From IMG/VR virus record IMGVR_UViG_3300023112_000009, positions 32,001-96,000 of that record: a stretch of 64,000 nucleotides of DNA; one strand, 5' to 3'. The DNA comes from a virus. A program made the translations under genes and the position numbers. The notes beneath the pieces were generated by a model. It worked only from the letters and a program-made list of their open reading frames with translations, made no database searches and was not told where the DNA came from. Shown piece by piece: positions 10,282 to 20,070 of the stretch. Position 1 is the stretch's first letter, and every line of letters starts with the position of its first letter.

Positions 10282-11067
10282 ATGGGATTACCGTTTAATG
10301 GAGACTTGGTGCCGGTCAGCAGTGGTTTTGCTAACCTAGGTGTCAACATAAGTTCGAATGCACAAAATGCATTCGATATCACGTCTATTCGTCCATTTAA
10401 CCATGTTCACATGGTCAGTGGTGTCTTTCACGACCCCGTTCAAGGACAGTCTGGTGTTTTAAGGTACAGCAGAGAGCAGGCATCTTTCCAGGTGTCGGTT
10501 GATGGTGGTCTAACGTTCAACAATCTGTCTGCTGGTGCTGGCGTTGATAGCGTTGGTCAACTTGGTGGTGCAGATCTTACCGGGAATATCGATCTTGCTA
10601 CCCCCGCAAGTGGCTTCCTGTCTATTGATGATACGGCTGGTGCTAGTCCGCTTCTGTTTGCTGTTGATCATCTTGGACTATCTGGACTGTGGGATTTCCC
10701 CAGTCAAGGATTCAATGGCAGCGTAGTCAACGAACTGACAGACTTCAATGGTACTACGGTTCAAGGAGCCGTAAGTGTCGTAGGTGCCTCTGGCATCATT
10801 GTCGATATTGTTGGCCAGACCATGACCATTGCCTCTAACACAGATGTTGGATTAGTTGCTCGATGTTACACTGAAGCATTCGGTGCTGCTACATCGTGGG
10901 TTGTTACTCATAGTCTAAATACTACCAACGTTAGCATCCAGGTTTTTGATGCACAAGGTACTCCAAACATGCTTTTCCCAGATAGCATTATCATTACCGA
11001 TGCGAATACAGTCACCATTGGTTTCAATGTTTCACAAGCTGGACAAGCTATTATCTTAGGTTGTTAA
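10282..11067 (+). CDS. tail/fibre-associated structural protein
   Basis: GGAG SD; IRPFNHVH..SGVFHDP module shared with the next ORF; HSLNTTNVSIQVFD module shared with the previous ORF. Confidence 0.6.
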   Translation: MGLPFNGDLVPVSSGFANLGVNISSNAQNAFDITSIRPFNHVHMVSGVFHDPVQGQSGVLRYSREQASFQVSVDGGLTFNNLSAGAGVDSVGQLGGADLTGNIDLATPASGFLSIDDTAGASPLLFAVDHLGLSGLWDFPSQGFNGSVVNELTDFNGTTVQGAVSVVGASGIIVDIVGQTMTIASNTDVGLVARCYTEAFGAATSWVVTHSLNTTNVSIQVFDAQGTPNMLFPDSIIITDANTVTIGFNVSQAGQAIILGC

Positions 11068-11068
11068 T

Positions 11069-12787
11069 ATGGTTAGAGTAATTGGTGACATCTGGCCCGC
11101 AGCCAGTGGGTCTTCGTCGCTTGGCGTTGATCAGACAGCATGTTGTCCTATTGGAGATGAAATTCGTCCGTTCAATCATGTTCATCAAAACAGTGGAGTA
11201 TTTCATGATCCTACTCATGGTACTTCTGGTGTGATGAGATTCAATGGACGCGATGAATCTGGTATTGTATTTGAAACTTTGTCACCAGGGCAAATTCCAT
11301 CATTAGAATTTTCTTTTGATGGAGGCAATAGTTTTCCTGTACGATTAGGACAGGCACTCAAAAACAGCTTAGTATTCCAAAGTCAAGATGTCGTTCTTCA
11401 AACTCTTGATGGTTTACCGCTACAATTAAAATCAAGTGGTCTACTAGATCTATTGTCTGAAGTTAGTATTAATTTACGTTCCGTTAATGGAAGTATTGTT
11501 ATTGATGCCAACGGAGCCAGTAGCGATGTTAACATTACATCAGACAACAACGTCAATATTACATCTACTGATGACATACAAATCCTTGCTACTAATGGTA
11601 ATTTCAATTTAGGCACTAGTTCAGTTGGTGGTAACACAACACTGAGTGCTGGGCCGGGTGATGTTACCGTTGGTGCTGGTGTCAACGCTCAAGCTGGCGG
11701 TCAAACTAAGCTACAACCCTTTGGTGGAAGTGGCCAGCTTGAGTATAGACTAGGCGGCATTGGAGGTCATGAAGCGTGGCACTGGAGCCCAAACTATGAT
11801 GCAGCAGGCGGTCCTAATAGTGATGGTTTCCATCCAATACCTCATTCTGGTCAGATTTTCCAGATGATTCAGGAGCAAGCTCCTGGCATTCGATCACTTC
11901 GGAACGGTGGCAGTCCTGCTACTGAAGCAGATATTACATTAACAGAAGGCGGCGGTATAAGTATTGATGTTATTGCATCTGATGAAATAGAGTTTGTCAA
12001 TACCGGCACGCTTCAGCGTGCCTATGATAATGGCCAAACCATTTTTATTGATAGTGCTCAAGATTTACAGATTGCTGCCGGTAATCATAAGTTAAAATTA
12101 GGCACCAATGGTGATAAAGCTGAGATTAATATGTCTGGCTTGTTAACATATCCATCTTCTGATTTAGAACTTGGTGATGTTAATATGATTGTACATGGTC
12201 AAGAACCATTACATGGTGGCATCACTACACCTACATCACAGGCTGAAGCACAAGCATTATCGCTTGGTATTGGTATTCCTGTTATTAATACTGGCTCCGG
12301 TATCATTAATGTATCTGTTGGTTCTGGTGTAGGTCAATTTTTCAATACAAGCAATCAAACACTTAGTACATCTGCAACCAATATTAATTTTACATCAGCA
12401 GGCAACAACATTCCCGATGGTCACTTTATTAGTAGTTCTATAAATGATATACAAATATTGGTTCCAGGCTTATATAGACTTTGGTATGCGGCTAGTGCTG
12501 AAAAAACCTCTGGTTCTACAGGTCAACGTGTTGATGCTGCTATCAAAATTAATGCTAAAACAATCCTTGGTAGTGATGCTTCGTGTATTTTGAATGATAG
12601 TACGAATCTTAAATTTAACACTGCAAATGGTTTATGTATGTTTGATGCTAACGCTGGAGATATTGTTGCTATGACTATGACTTTATCTAATTCTCCTGGT
12701 GGTAATTCTGTACGTGCAGTAACACGTAGATGCAATATTCTAATAGAATGGATTGGCGTTAGAAGAGGAACGCTTACAGCTTTATAA
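11069..12787 (+). CDS. tail fibre/spike-like protein with C1q/BclA-like C-terminus
   Basis: 572 aa, G/S/N/T-rich, beta-helix-like repeats, TLQRAYDNG, C-terminal VPGLYRLWY. Confidence 0.6.
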   Translation: MVRVIGDIWPAASGSSSLGVDQTACCPIGDEIRPFNHVHQNSGVFHDPTHGTSGVMRFNGRDESGIVFETLSPGQIPSLEFSFDGGNSFPVRLGQALKNSLVFQSQDVVLQTLDGLPLQLKSSGLLDLLSEVSINLRSVNGSIVIDANGASSDVNITSDNNVNITSTDDIQILATNGNFNLGTSSVGGNTTLSAGPGDVTVGAGVNAQAGGQTKLQPFGGSGQLEYRLGGIGGHEAWHWSPNYDAAGGPNSDGFHPIPHSGQIFQMIQEQAPGIRSLRNGGSPATEADITLTEGGGISIDVIASDEIEFVNTGTLQRAYDNGQTIFIDSAQDLQIAAGNHKLKLGTNGDKAEINMSGLLTYPSSDLELGDVNMIVHGQEPLHGGITTPTSQAEAQALSLGIGIPVINTGSGIINVSVGSGVGQFFNTSNQTLSTSATNINFTSAGNNIPDGHFISSSINDIQILVPGLYRLWYAASAEKTSGSTGQRVDAAIKINAKTILGSDASCILNDSTNLKFNTANGLCMFDANAGDIVAMTMTLSNSPGGNSVRAVTRRCNILIEWIGVRRGTLTAL

Positions 12788-12798
12788 GGAGCATATAT

Positions 12799-13116
12799 AT
12801 GTGGATGTTTTTAGCACAGGTAGATCCGTCTGCCGGAACAATAGTCGGGGCATTAATTGAACAGTATGGTATTACCGGATTAGCGTTTGGTATCCTACTG
12901 ACAATTATGATACGTACAAACAAATCTGCTCAAAAACGTATCGAAAATCTAGAAGCACAACAGCAAGAACAGTATACCGCTCACCTATCTGACCAAAAAG
13001 AGATGATCAACGATTACATCGATTTGGTTAAGAATAAGACAAGTGTGTTGGCTGACTTAACTGGGTGCTTGAAAGCGATGAAAGATACGCTGGAACGCAT
13101 GGAGCGTAAAGGATAA
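12799..13116 (+). CDS. holin-like membrane protein
   Basis: AAGGAG SD; single TM (QYGITGLAFGILLTIMI) plus coiled coil at the end of the structural block. Confidence 0.5.
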   Translation: MWMFLAQVDPSAGTIVGALIEQYGITGLAFGILLTIMIRTNKSAQKRIENLEAQQQEQYTAHLSDQKEMINDYIDLVKNKTSVLADLTGCLKAMKDTLERMERKG

Positions 13117-13118
13117 TA

Positions 13119-13153
13119 AAAAAGAGGCGGCTAACAGCCGCCTCTTCCATTTC
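13119..13153. terminator. intrinsic terminator between convergent gene blocks
   Basis: AAGAGGCGGCT-AAC-AGCCGCCTCTT hairpin preceded by an A-run (U-tail on the - strand). Confidence 0.8.
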
Positions 13154-13166
13154 TATATCAGTAGAC

Positions 13167-13415
13167 TCAGATGATCTTGGGCGTGTTCGTCCCAGGACTC
13201 TGAGTTGTCTTGTTTTTTCTAGCTTGATCAGCAGCCATGCTCGCTTCGACAGTCATTACAGCGGCACCAAATGGTTTCACTTCAGGACGTTGAAAGAACG
13301 CAAGAATATCATTACGAAGCTCGGCACGAATCTCCGCAGGAACCTCGAATTGTTCTAGACGTTCACGAAAGATACGATCTAATGTTTGGGCAGGGTCAGT
13401 ACTTTTATCAGCCAT
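13167..13415 (-). CDS. hypothetical protein
   Basis: ORF with GGAG SD, last gene of the - strand block. Confidence 0.65.
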   Translation of the reverse strand: MADKSTDPAQTLDRIFRERLEQFEVPAEIRAELRNDILAFFQRPEVKPFGAAVMTVEASMAADQARKNKTTQSPGTNTPKII

Positions 13416-13920
13416 TGTTTTCTCCAAACCAAGCATTCTTAAGACGATCTATAAGTCTATGATTGCGACTCTTAGTACGAGCCTCGCGGAGCTTGGTTTC
13501 CCGTTCGGCAATCTTTTGTTGTTCAGGCCCACTGAGTTCAACTAACATGTTTGTGTGGGCATCATTTACGGTTGTATTAACATTAGTCGTGGGCTTCTTA
13601 CGAAAGAACACGACGGACTTGATGCTAGGAATGGTATGTCTATTTAATGTTTTAAGCCATTCGTCACATGTTGTGTCAAGCGGCTCTACGAGACCATTAA
13701 TTTCATCAACGATTCTACTGTCGTTGTAGACCATAATGTCATCCCTGATATTCATATCACGTATTTCACAAAGAGCTAAGAAAAGTACTTTGTATACGTG
13801 ATGAATTACTTGAAAGATACGATCACCACGAACAGTTAAAGCTGGGGAGCAACGTCGAGTCACATCAACGTTCTCCCCAGTTACATAGTAACCGTCTTCA
13901 TTGACGAAGACAGTAATCAT
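13408..13920 (-). CDS. degenerate RNase H-fold protein
   Basis: LFLALCEIRDM..DDIMVYNDSRIVDEING resembles the RNase HI helix/DS motif; other catalytic residues not evident. Confidence 0.45.
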   Translation of the reverse strand: MITVFVNEDGYYVTGENVDVTRRCSPALTVRGDRIFQVIHHVYKVLFLALCEIRDMNIRDDIMVYNDSRIVDEINGLVEPLDTTCDEWLKTLNRHTIPSIKSVVFFRKKPTTNVNTTVNDAHTNMLVELSGPEQQKIAERETKLREARTKSRNHRLIDRLKNAWFGENNG

Positions 13921-14447
13921 TACTCAGCTTGTAGTTCGTCGTACATTCGTAGTTCTTCACCGCTAACCAGCGTTGCTGCACGCAGCGAGTCGGCTACAGC
14001 GGTCAAGAGTTCCTGCGTACGAGGAGAGAATTTAATCAAGCCAGTCTCGGGGTTGATCCAACTAAGGGCACCACGAGAGGCAAGCTCAAGCTCTAGAATA
14101 GACAGTAGATCATGGATCTCTGAGCTAGTCAGACCAACATCTTCTAGTGCTGGTCCAATTACTCCTTGAGTACCAGTGATGATCGACTGATCACGAACCA
14201 ACTCAAGTGCAGATGCAGCTAGGTCTAGTTCCTCTTCGGTCACGGCACCTTCTTCTAGTAGAAGATTGCCACCAACCTTGACGCCAAGCTGAATGTACAG
14301 CTTCCACTTGCTGTATTCGAGTTCTGACATTCCTTCCAGAGCTTCGATACCTTGTTCTCCATTCTCGGTTGAAACACAACCGCTAATAGAACTACCAGCT
14401 AGTATTAATGTTAAAATTGCCGGTACAATCCACTTTTTTCTTTCCAT
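13920..14447 (-). CDS. lipoprotein
   Basis: MERKK + hydrophobic stretch + ISG-C lipobox. Confidence 0.7.
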   Translation of the reverse strand: MERKKWIVPAILTLILAGSSISGCVSTENGEQGIEALEGMSELEYSKWKLYIQLGVKVGGNLLLEEGAVTEEELDLAASALELVRDQSIITGTQGVIGPALEDVGLTSSEIHDLLSILELELASRGALSWINPETGLIKFSPRTQELLTAVADSLRAATLVSGEELRMYDELQAE

Positions 14448-14451
14448 ATTA

Positions 14452-15000
14452 TTATCCCTTAGGTGCTTTAGTGTTCATGTAATCTTGCCTATCCTTGGAA
14501 CTGTGTTCCAGGATGGTCTTGTTACATGAGTTACAGGTGCGGTACTTTTTGTGATCTGATGACACCTTAATACCGCTTTTATTAAGGTGCGAACATTTAC
14601 TTTGAACCGCACCAACAGCCTCGCTAACGGGGCCAGTAGCTAGTTCCCTCTCTTCTTCCTCACTGCCAATGATACCTTCTTGACGAAGCTCTTTCTTTTT
14701 GGCTGCTACAAAATCAGAATCATCCTCAATACCATCATTGGCTTGATCGCCAAAGACGGTGTTGTTGTCTAGTTGCGGAGGCGTTGGACTAGAAGGAACC
14801 TTAAAGAAGGCCCAATCGTTACCCAACGCGGCGTCTGAACCTGCTACTAACTGTTGTTCAAGTTTTGCAGCGGCACTAGGGGAGAGATCATAGGTACGTC
14901 CTTTGGTCTTTCCTTTCTTTTTAATGGTAATGATAACCGTTTCATCAGGATCATATTCCTGTTTGGTTAAATCACACTCTTGAATTACTCGTTTAGCCAT
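14452..15000 (-). CDS. Lsr2-like N-terminal domain with C-terminal Zn-ribbon
   Basis: MAKRV...DETV...TYDLSPSAAAKL; C-terminal CSH...CNSC. Confidence 0.5.
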   Translation of the reverse strand: MAKRVIQECDLTKQEYDPDETVIITIKKKGKTKGRTYDLSPSAAAKLEQQLVAGSDAALGNDWAFFKVPSSPTPPQLDNNTVFGDQANDGIEDDSDFVAAKKKELRQEGIIGSEEEERELATGPVSEAVGAVQSKCSHLNKSGIKVSSDHKKYRTCNSCNKTILEHSSKDRQDYMNTKAPKG

Positions 15001-15667
15001 GTTCTTCGTGTCTCTTATACGCCTTAAGGACTTCCTTGACGATTTTACTACGTTGCACGGTGTCAATGTCATCCATTTCTACGATACCAACACCCGGAAC
15101 ATCATCCAAGACGTTAACAGCTTCCGCAAGGGCACTATTATATGGATCAATGTCACACTGATCAAGGTCTCCAGCAATAACCATCTTGGTTCCTTTGCCA
15201 ATACGAGTCAAGATCATCTTCATGGCTCCGCCATCTAGAGGAACGTTTTGTGCTTCCTCAACAATTACGAAGCAATTATTGAACGAACGTCCACGGCACA
15301 TGCTCAGTACCGTAAATTCAAACTTCTGAGCAATCAGTTGTTGAATGTCTTGTTCGTTATTAAAACAAGCACGCAGGTTATCCTTAATGGATTCTACGTA
15401 CGGCAATACTTTTTCTTCCAAAGAACCCGGAAGAGATCCAATCTTTTCACCTGTGTTTGATTGGATATAGGGTCTGATAACTACGATTCTCTTAATGCCA
15501 CCACGTTTTGGAGAACGTTCCATCATTTCTACGCCTTCGGCAATAGCAAGAAACGTTTTACCTGTACCAGCAATGCCGGTACAGATAGTGATATCGTTTT
15601 CTCGCATACATCTGACGTATTCTTCTTGACCCTTTACTGGCGTGGGTGCGTTAAATTTCTTGAGCAC
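14993..15667 (-). CDS. phoH: PhoH family ATPase
   Basis: GIAGTGKT, IGSLPGSLEEK, RGRSF, EEAQN, TRIG, GDLDQCD. Confidence 0.95.
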   Translation of the reverse strand: MLKKFNAPTPVKGQEEYVRCMRENDITICTGIAGTGKTFLAIAEGVEMMERSPKRGGIKRIVVIRPYIQSNTGEKIGSLPGSLEEKVLPYVESIKDNLRACFNNEQDIQQLIAQKFEFTVLSMCRGRSFNNCFVIVEEAQNVPLDGGAMKMILTRIGKGTKMVIAGDLDQCDIDPYNSALAEAVNVLDDVPGVGIVEMDDIDTVQRSKIVKEVLKAYKRHEEHG

Positions 15668-15670
15668 GTT

Positions 15671-16333
15671 TTACCCCCTGTTGGCCCGATTATTCTTCCG
15701 TGAAGCACGGGCACATTTGTTTTTTGCACGTCTCTGTGCAATGACTTTAGTACGATGAGGGGTGATACGCATGCCAAACTTAGTGCGACTAGGCTGTTTC
15801 GACATTTGTTCTTCAATATACTTGCTAATAAGCTGACCATCTAGGTGATCCATTTCGTGCATAACTGCACGAGCCCAAAAACCAGTAAATGTTTCTTCTT
15901 GAACGTTACCGTCTAGATCAAAATATTGAAGAGTAACGCTCTTGGGGCGGGGAACCAAAGCTCCCATACCGGGTAAAGATAAACACGCTTCACCGTCTTT
16001 GGTGATTGCTTTACTCTTGGCGACAACATTGGGGTTAACATAAACGTTGTTGGTAGGGTTTCCTTCTTCGTTTGTACCATTACGCAGTAAGAAAATCCTA
16101 TGAGGAAAACCAATCTGTACAGCGGCTAATCCTGCCGCCTCTTCGTCTAATGCGTCCAGGATTGCATCCATGTCAATGATCGCCTGCTCATCGGCAGCAG
16201 TGATAGGGATTTGACATGGCTGAGAAGCCATTTCAAGCAACGGCCAACGCTCAGGATCACCTGGAGTGATGATAGGATTGCGTACAGGCTGTTGCGGTTC
16301 TGTGTTCTCGTTATCTTTCATGTTGGTGTTCAT
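15671..16333 (-). CDS. def: peptide deformylase
   Basis: GLAAVQIG, EACLS, HEMDHLDG. Confidence 0.95.
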   Translation of the reverse strand: MNTNMKDNENTEPQQPVRNPIITPGDPERWPLLEMASQPCQIPITAADEQAIIDMDAILDALDEEAAGLAAVQIGFPHRIFLLRNGTNEEGNPTNNVYVNPNVVAKSKAITKDGEACLSLPGMGALVPRPKSVTLQYFDLDGNVQEETFTGFWARAVMHEMDHLDGQLISKYIEEQMSKQPSRTKFGMRITPHRTKVIAQRRAKNKCARASRKNNRANRG

Positions 16334-16396
16334 GTGTTCTTATTGATCTGTGGTTATGATGGTCCTTTAGTATTATACGCCCAAGCTGAGTCATTG

Positions 16397-17008
16397 TTAA
16401 GGTGCATGTTGATATTTATATACTCTGTCAACCCAGTTCAAAAAATCTTGTTTTGTTTTGGTATACTTACCATAATTGCAGTCCATACAACTTGAAACGC
16501 AATTATCAGAAGTGTAGCCCTTTTGAGAGTCTTCTCTATCAATACTACTAACGTTCACGGCTGCTCTTTCGTGTCTATCTCTTGAAGCCTGTGATTGAAC
16601 TTTTTTAAATCTAGCCCTATTATATATGTTAATAGTGTGTGATGGCTGTAATCCGCAGTACGTGCAGCATTGCCCGATAAGTTTTTTAAACTCCTCTTCA
16701 CTAAGACCCCATTCTAAGTTGGTTTTATGTGCTCGATACTTATAATCCTTAAGATATTTGTTAATAGTTAACTCTTGTGGATTGTCACAGACTTTAGTCT
16801 TATGTAACGGTCTTTGACAACCGCAAGAAGGAACTGCTTGTCGTTTAATGCTTCTTGTTGTTATTGTTATCTCTTTACCACACTGACAGGCAGCCAACCA
16901 CGTTATACCCTTGTTGTTGTCGGAAAAAATACGTTTAATAATTTTTAAAGCACCAATTTGATGATCCGTGTAATCTGTGTGTTGACTTTTCATGGTAACA
17001 TAATACAC
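16397..17008 (-). CDS. HNH-type homing endonuclease
   Basis: WLAACQCG..SCGC N-terminus; CTYCG...IDREDSQKGYTSDNCVSSCMDCN; AT-rich insert. Confidence 0.75.
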   Translation of the reverse strand: MYYVTMKSQHTDYTDHQIGALKIIKRIFSDNNKGITWLAACQCGKEITITTRSIKRQAVPSCGCQRPLHKTKVCDNPQELTINKYLKDYKYRAHKTNLEWGLSEEEFKKLIGQCCTYCGLQPSHTINIYNRARFKKVQSQASRDRHERAAVNVSSIDREDSQKGYTSDNCVSSCMDCNYGKYTKTKQDFLNWVDRVYKYQHAP

Positions 17009-17033
17009 AAATTAGCCGTTCTGCTTGTGGCAA

Positions 17034-17840
17034 TTATGTGAAAAGTTCATATCCATGTTCATGCACAAGTATACAGCGTTCTGAGTGAGCCACTAAATTA
17101 TGCTCCGTTTGCTTGATGGTCCATCCATCTTCACTAAGTGCCATGTTAGCACTACCAGTCGTCACAACGGGCTCTATACAAATAGTGTCGCCAGTTTTCA
17201 ATAACTGTCTATCAAATCGTTTCTCTTCGATGGCCTGTTTGATTTTACTATGACCCCTATTGAGGGCACTTGGAATAAAAGGAGGTAGATGTACCTTGTT
17301 GCCAATTTTATGTCCACCCCAACAATCAATGATATTGACCCCATGCTCAGCAGCAGCGGCCTCAGCAGCAAGAACCATCTGTAAAAAAGTACACTCATTC
17401 TTCACAACTGATAGCTGGGCCTCTAGGATTGCCTCCGTGGCCTCAATAAGATCAGTTGCTTCATAAAATCGCTTCTTTTGTATGCCGTTCATGACTCCTG
17501 GCACGATACGAGTTCGTGCAGCATCCACATGCCACCCGTTGTATTCGGTACCTACGTCAATCGTGAGAAGATCTCCTGGCTCTAAAACATAATCACCAGG
17601 AATACCATGCACGACCACGCTATTAGGACTAATACACGCAGTCGCCGGAAAAGGTGACGGATATCCGTCAGGCTGATAATCTTTAAAGGAAGGCGTACAG
17701 CCAGCCTCTCGAATAAAGCTCTCCATTGCGGCATCAATCTCTCGCGTGGTCACTCCAGGCTGGGCAACTTCGAAGCCGCGTTCAATAGCCCCAACGTTCA
17801 CCTTGCCCGCGTATCGCATACTATCTAGTTTGTCGTTCAT
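17034..17840 (-). CDS. map: type I methionine aminopeptidase
   Basis: CISPNSVVVHGIP, IDVG, DAART, GHKIG..H, IEP, AHSE. Confidence 0.93.
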   Translation of the reverse strand: MNDKLDSMRYAGKVNVGAIERGFEVAQPGVTTREIDAAMESFIREAGCTPSFKDYQPDGYPSPFPATACISPNSVVVHGIPGDYVLEPGDLLTIDVGTEYNGWHVDAARTRIVPGVMNGIQKKRFYEATDLIEATEAILEAQLSVVKNECTFLQMVLAAEAAAAEHGVNIIDCWGGHKIGNKVHLPPFIPSALNRGHSKIKQAIEEKRFDRQLLKTGDTICIEPVVTTGSANMALSEDGWTIKQTEHNLVAHSERCILVHEHGYELFT

Positions 17841-18435
17841 TCTGTACCCAGTTCTTGACCTTCGTCCAATGTGGCAGTGTAGTTTTGTACGCACGCTTGG
17901 GCGAACGCAAGTGATAATTCGGGTGATAGCTCACCATGACCTTGGCCTCGTGACCACCAACACGGTAGCGAAGCCAGCCGTCTTCGTGATCGGTCAGGTT
18001 CTCAGTGAAGTACTGACTCAGGGCACCCTTCACCTTCTTATTTTGAAGCTGTTGAGTAGCAATCTTTCCCAACAAGATAACTAGTCGTGGCTTAAGGAGA
18101 CTAATCTGTAAGTCTAATCGCCATTTACATGACTCTAGTTCTTCTGCTCTGGGGTTACGTCCATTTGGAGTAGAGCACAAAACAGAGTTTGTCATGTAAA
18201 CTTCATCGCGAGAGACATCGATATACTTGAGAATACTACTTAGTTTATCGTCAATAGGTCCGACAAACGAAGTGTCTGCACTCTCTTCGGGGGCTTCACC
18301 CACAAACATGATTAGTGGTTCGGTAGACCCTTCACCGAAGACAACGTGGCTCCTGGTACGACAGAGGTCGCACGAGCCACAGTTTTCCATCTGCTGACGA
18401 AGCTCGTTAAGAGAGGTGCCCGGTGAATAGGTCAT
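17821..18435 (-). CDS. uracil-DNA glycosylase, family 4
   Basis: CGSCDLC, VVFGEG, FVGEAP, NSVLC, YHP. Confidence 0.85.
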   Translation of the reverse strand: MTYSPGTSLNELRQQMENCGSCDLCRTRSHVVFGEGSTEPLIMFVGEAPEESADTSFVGPIDDKLSSILKYIDVSRDEVYMTNSVLCSTPNGRNPRAEELESCKWRLDLQISLLKPRLVILLGKIATQQLQNKKVKGALSQYFTENLTDHEDGWLRYRVGGHEAKVMVSYHPNYHLRSPKRAYKTTLPHWTKVKNWVQNERQTR

Positions 18436-19348
18436 CGTTCCAATTTCCGTTTGCTTTACGTTGTAGAGGAGTAACACTAAAGTCTAGTACGTCTGCCATG
18501 TTGTCAGCACAGGCAACGATCTTGCCCTCAAGCGTGAGCACGTCTGACTGCTTGTTACAGATGTTTTCTAGAGCGTGTCGTTTAGACTCAGAGATTTTGA
18601 TTTCAAGATCGTTTTCACACGTCATCATGAGGTGGTCGATATAACGAACACTCGCACGATAGATACCAGTCATCTTGTGTGCGTCACGAGACCTAAGGTG
18701 ATCGCCTTGAAATAGAGTAGTTGTATGCCACCCGATATTGCGGAGGGCACAACCAGCGACGACCAGCGAGGGGCTGAACGGGATCTCTAGCTCAGTGGCC
18801 TGATTGATTGCAACCTTTGCCAGACGCATGGAGTGTGCAACATGTACTAGCAGCCCGCCCCTATAGGACATTGGGCCAGTGATACCATACGGAGACCCCT
18901 TGAGGGCACTCATGAGTTCGAGACGGTGCAGGGCGTTACACATTACGTCGCGATACACTGGATCAGCAATCGATGTGATCTCGTCTTCAATTTCTAGTGC
19001 GTACGCCGATAGGATGTTATCGTTTGCACCCTTGACATAATCAAATTGGTTCAGTGGTACATCGACTGGTTCTATTTGGTTCGCCTGAGCACTGAACTCT
19101 TCTGCGTTGCGGTAAGTCTTGGGCTCAATCTTGAGCTTGGCATAACCACCTTCTTCTAGCTCGTCTTGGTAGCCCCAAATGTTACCAGTAAGTTCGCCGG
19201 TCACGTCCTTGAGTGTGACCCTGGCAAAAGACTTACCCTGTTTGGTTTTCATCTTCGAATTGTGTACGACGTTGGCGATGAGGAACACTTGGTCATAGAC
19301 CTTGCCGTGTTCTAGGTTACTGATAGAGACATAGGATTCAACGCTCAA
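18407..19348 (-). CDS. YhaM/Cbf1-like OB-fold + HD-domain protein (HD replaced by RN)
   Basis: KTKQGKSFARVTLKDVTG..W OB fold; GGLLVH; LRNIG; ADN; TTG start inferred from the GGAG SD. Confidence 0.7.
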   Translation of the reverse strand: MSVESYVSISNLEHGKVYDQVFLIANVVHNSKMKTKQGKSFARVTLKDVTGELTGNIWGYQDELEEGGYAKLKIEPKTYRNAEEFSAQANQIEPVDVPLNQFDYVKGANDNILSAYALEIEDEITSIADPVYRDVMCNALHRLELMSALKGSPYGITGPMSYRGGLLVHVAHSMRLAKVAINQATELEIPFSPSLVVAGCALRNIGWHTTTLFQGDHLRSRDAHKMTGIYRASVRYIDHLMMTCENDLEIKISESKRHALENICNKQSDVLTLEGKIVACADNMADVLDFSVTPLQRKANGNWNDDLFTGHLS

Positions 19349-19550
19349 ATTTCTTTCTCCTGCCACCCTGGGTGCGGTCTTCTCGTTCTTTGCAAGACGC
19401 ACAAGCGGCTACTTTACGTACGATTACGTATACTTCGTCGGGTAGTTCGTTTTCGTTTCCAGGAAGTAGTGTTACGCGAACAGATCCACTAAAGTATTGT
19501 CCGCTACACTTACGACACTCGATAAGCTCAATTGTTTTAGGCGTTTTCAT
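19338..19550 (-). CDS. small zinc-ribbon protein
   Basis: CRKC...CASC. Confidence 0.55.
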   Translation of the reverse strand: MKTPKTIELIECRKCSGQYFSGSVRVTLLPGNENELPDEVYVIVRKVAACASCKEREDRTQGGRRKKFER

Positions 19551-20070
19551 TGACAAGCCTCATTTCTAGTACGTCGAGTAGTTTGTTGACGCGATTGGCA
19601 ACCGAAACATGTGACGTGCCTGTCTCTTTTGCGATTTGACGGAACGACTTGTTGTTGACGAAGTGTTCGACCAGCAGTTCAACGTGCTTTTGATCAGACA
19701 CAAGATCAAAAATCGTTTTCATGAAGTCTTGTCGTTCTGCCGTAGTATCTTCGTAGCTTTTATTCTCGTCCATTATATCAACGTAATTGTCTACTTGACA
19801 TTGATACGGCTTATTGCGTGTCACTCGTGAGATGTATCTCATAACACGCCCACGAATATAGTGGTAAGCAAACGTCACAAACTTACCCTTACGACTATCG
19901 TATCGCTCACATGCAATCAGTAGACTGATCCAGGCTTCTTGTTGAAGGTCTTCCGTAGTGATGAGTGTATCTCTAACACACAGAGGGAAGAAAGGTTTGA
20001 GAATGCTAAGAATGAGTGCGTCCCACTCGTTCTTGGGGATACAACTTAGGGGGCTATCGTTCGTGTCCAT
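19537..20070 (-). CDS. sigma70-family RNA polymerase sigma factor
   Basis: EDLQQEAWISLL..ERYD..KGKFVTFAYHYIRG (region 2); SFRQIAKETGTSHVSV (region 4). Confidence 0.85.
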   Translation of the reverse strand: MDTNDSPLSCIPKNEWDALILSILKPFFPLCVRDTLITTEDLQQEAWISLLIACERYDSRKGKFVTFAYHYIRGRVMRYISRVTRNKPYQCQVDNYVDIMDENKSYEDTTAERQDFMKTIFDLVSDQKHVELLVEHFVNNKSFRQIAKETGTSHVSVANRVNKLLDVLEMRLVNENA

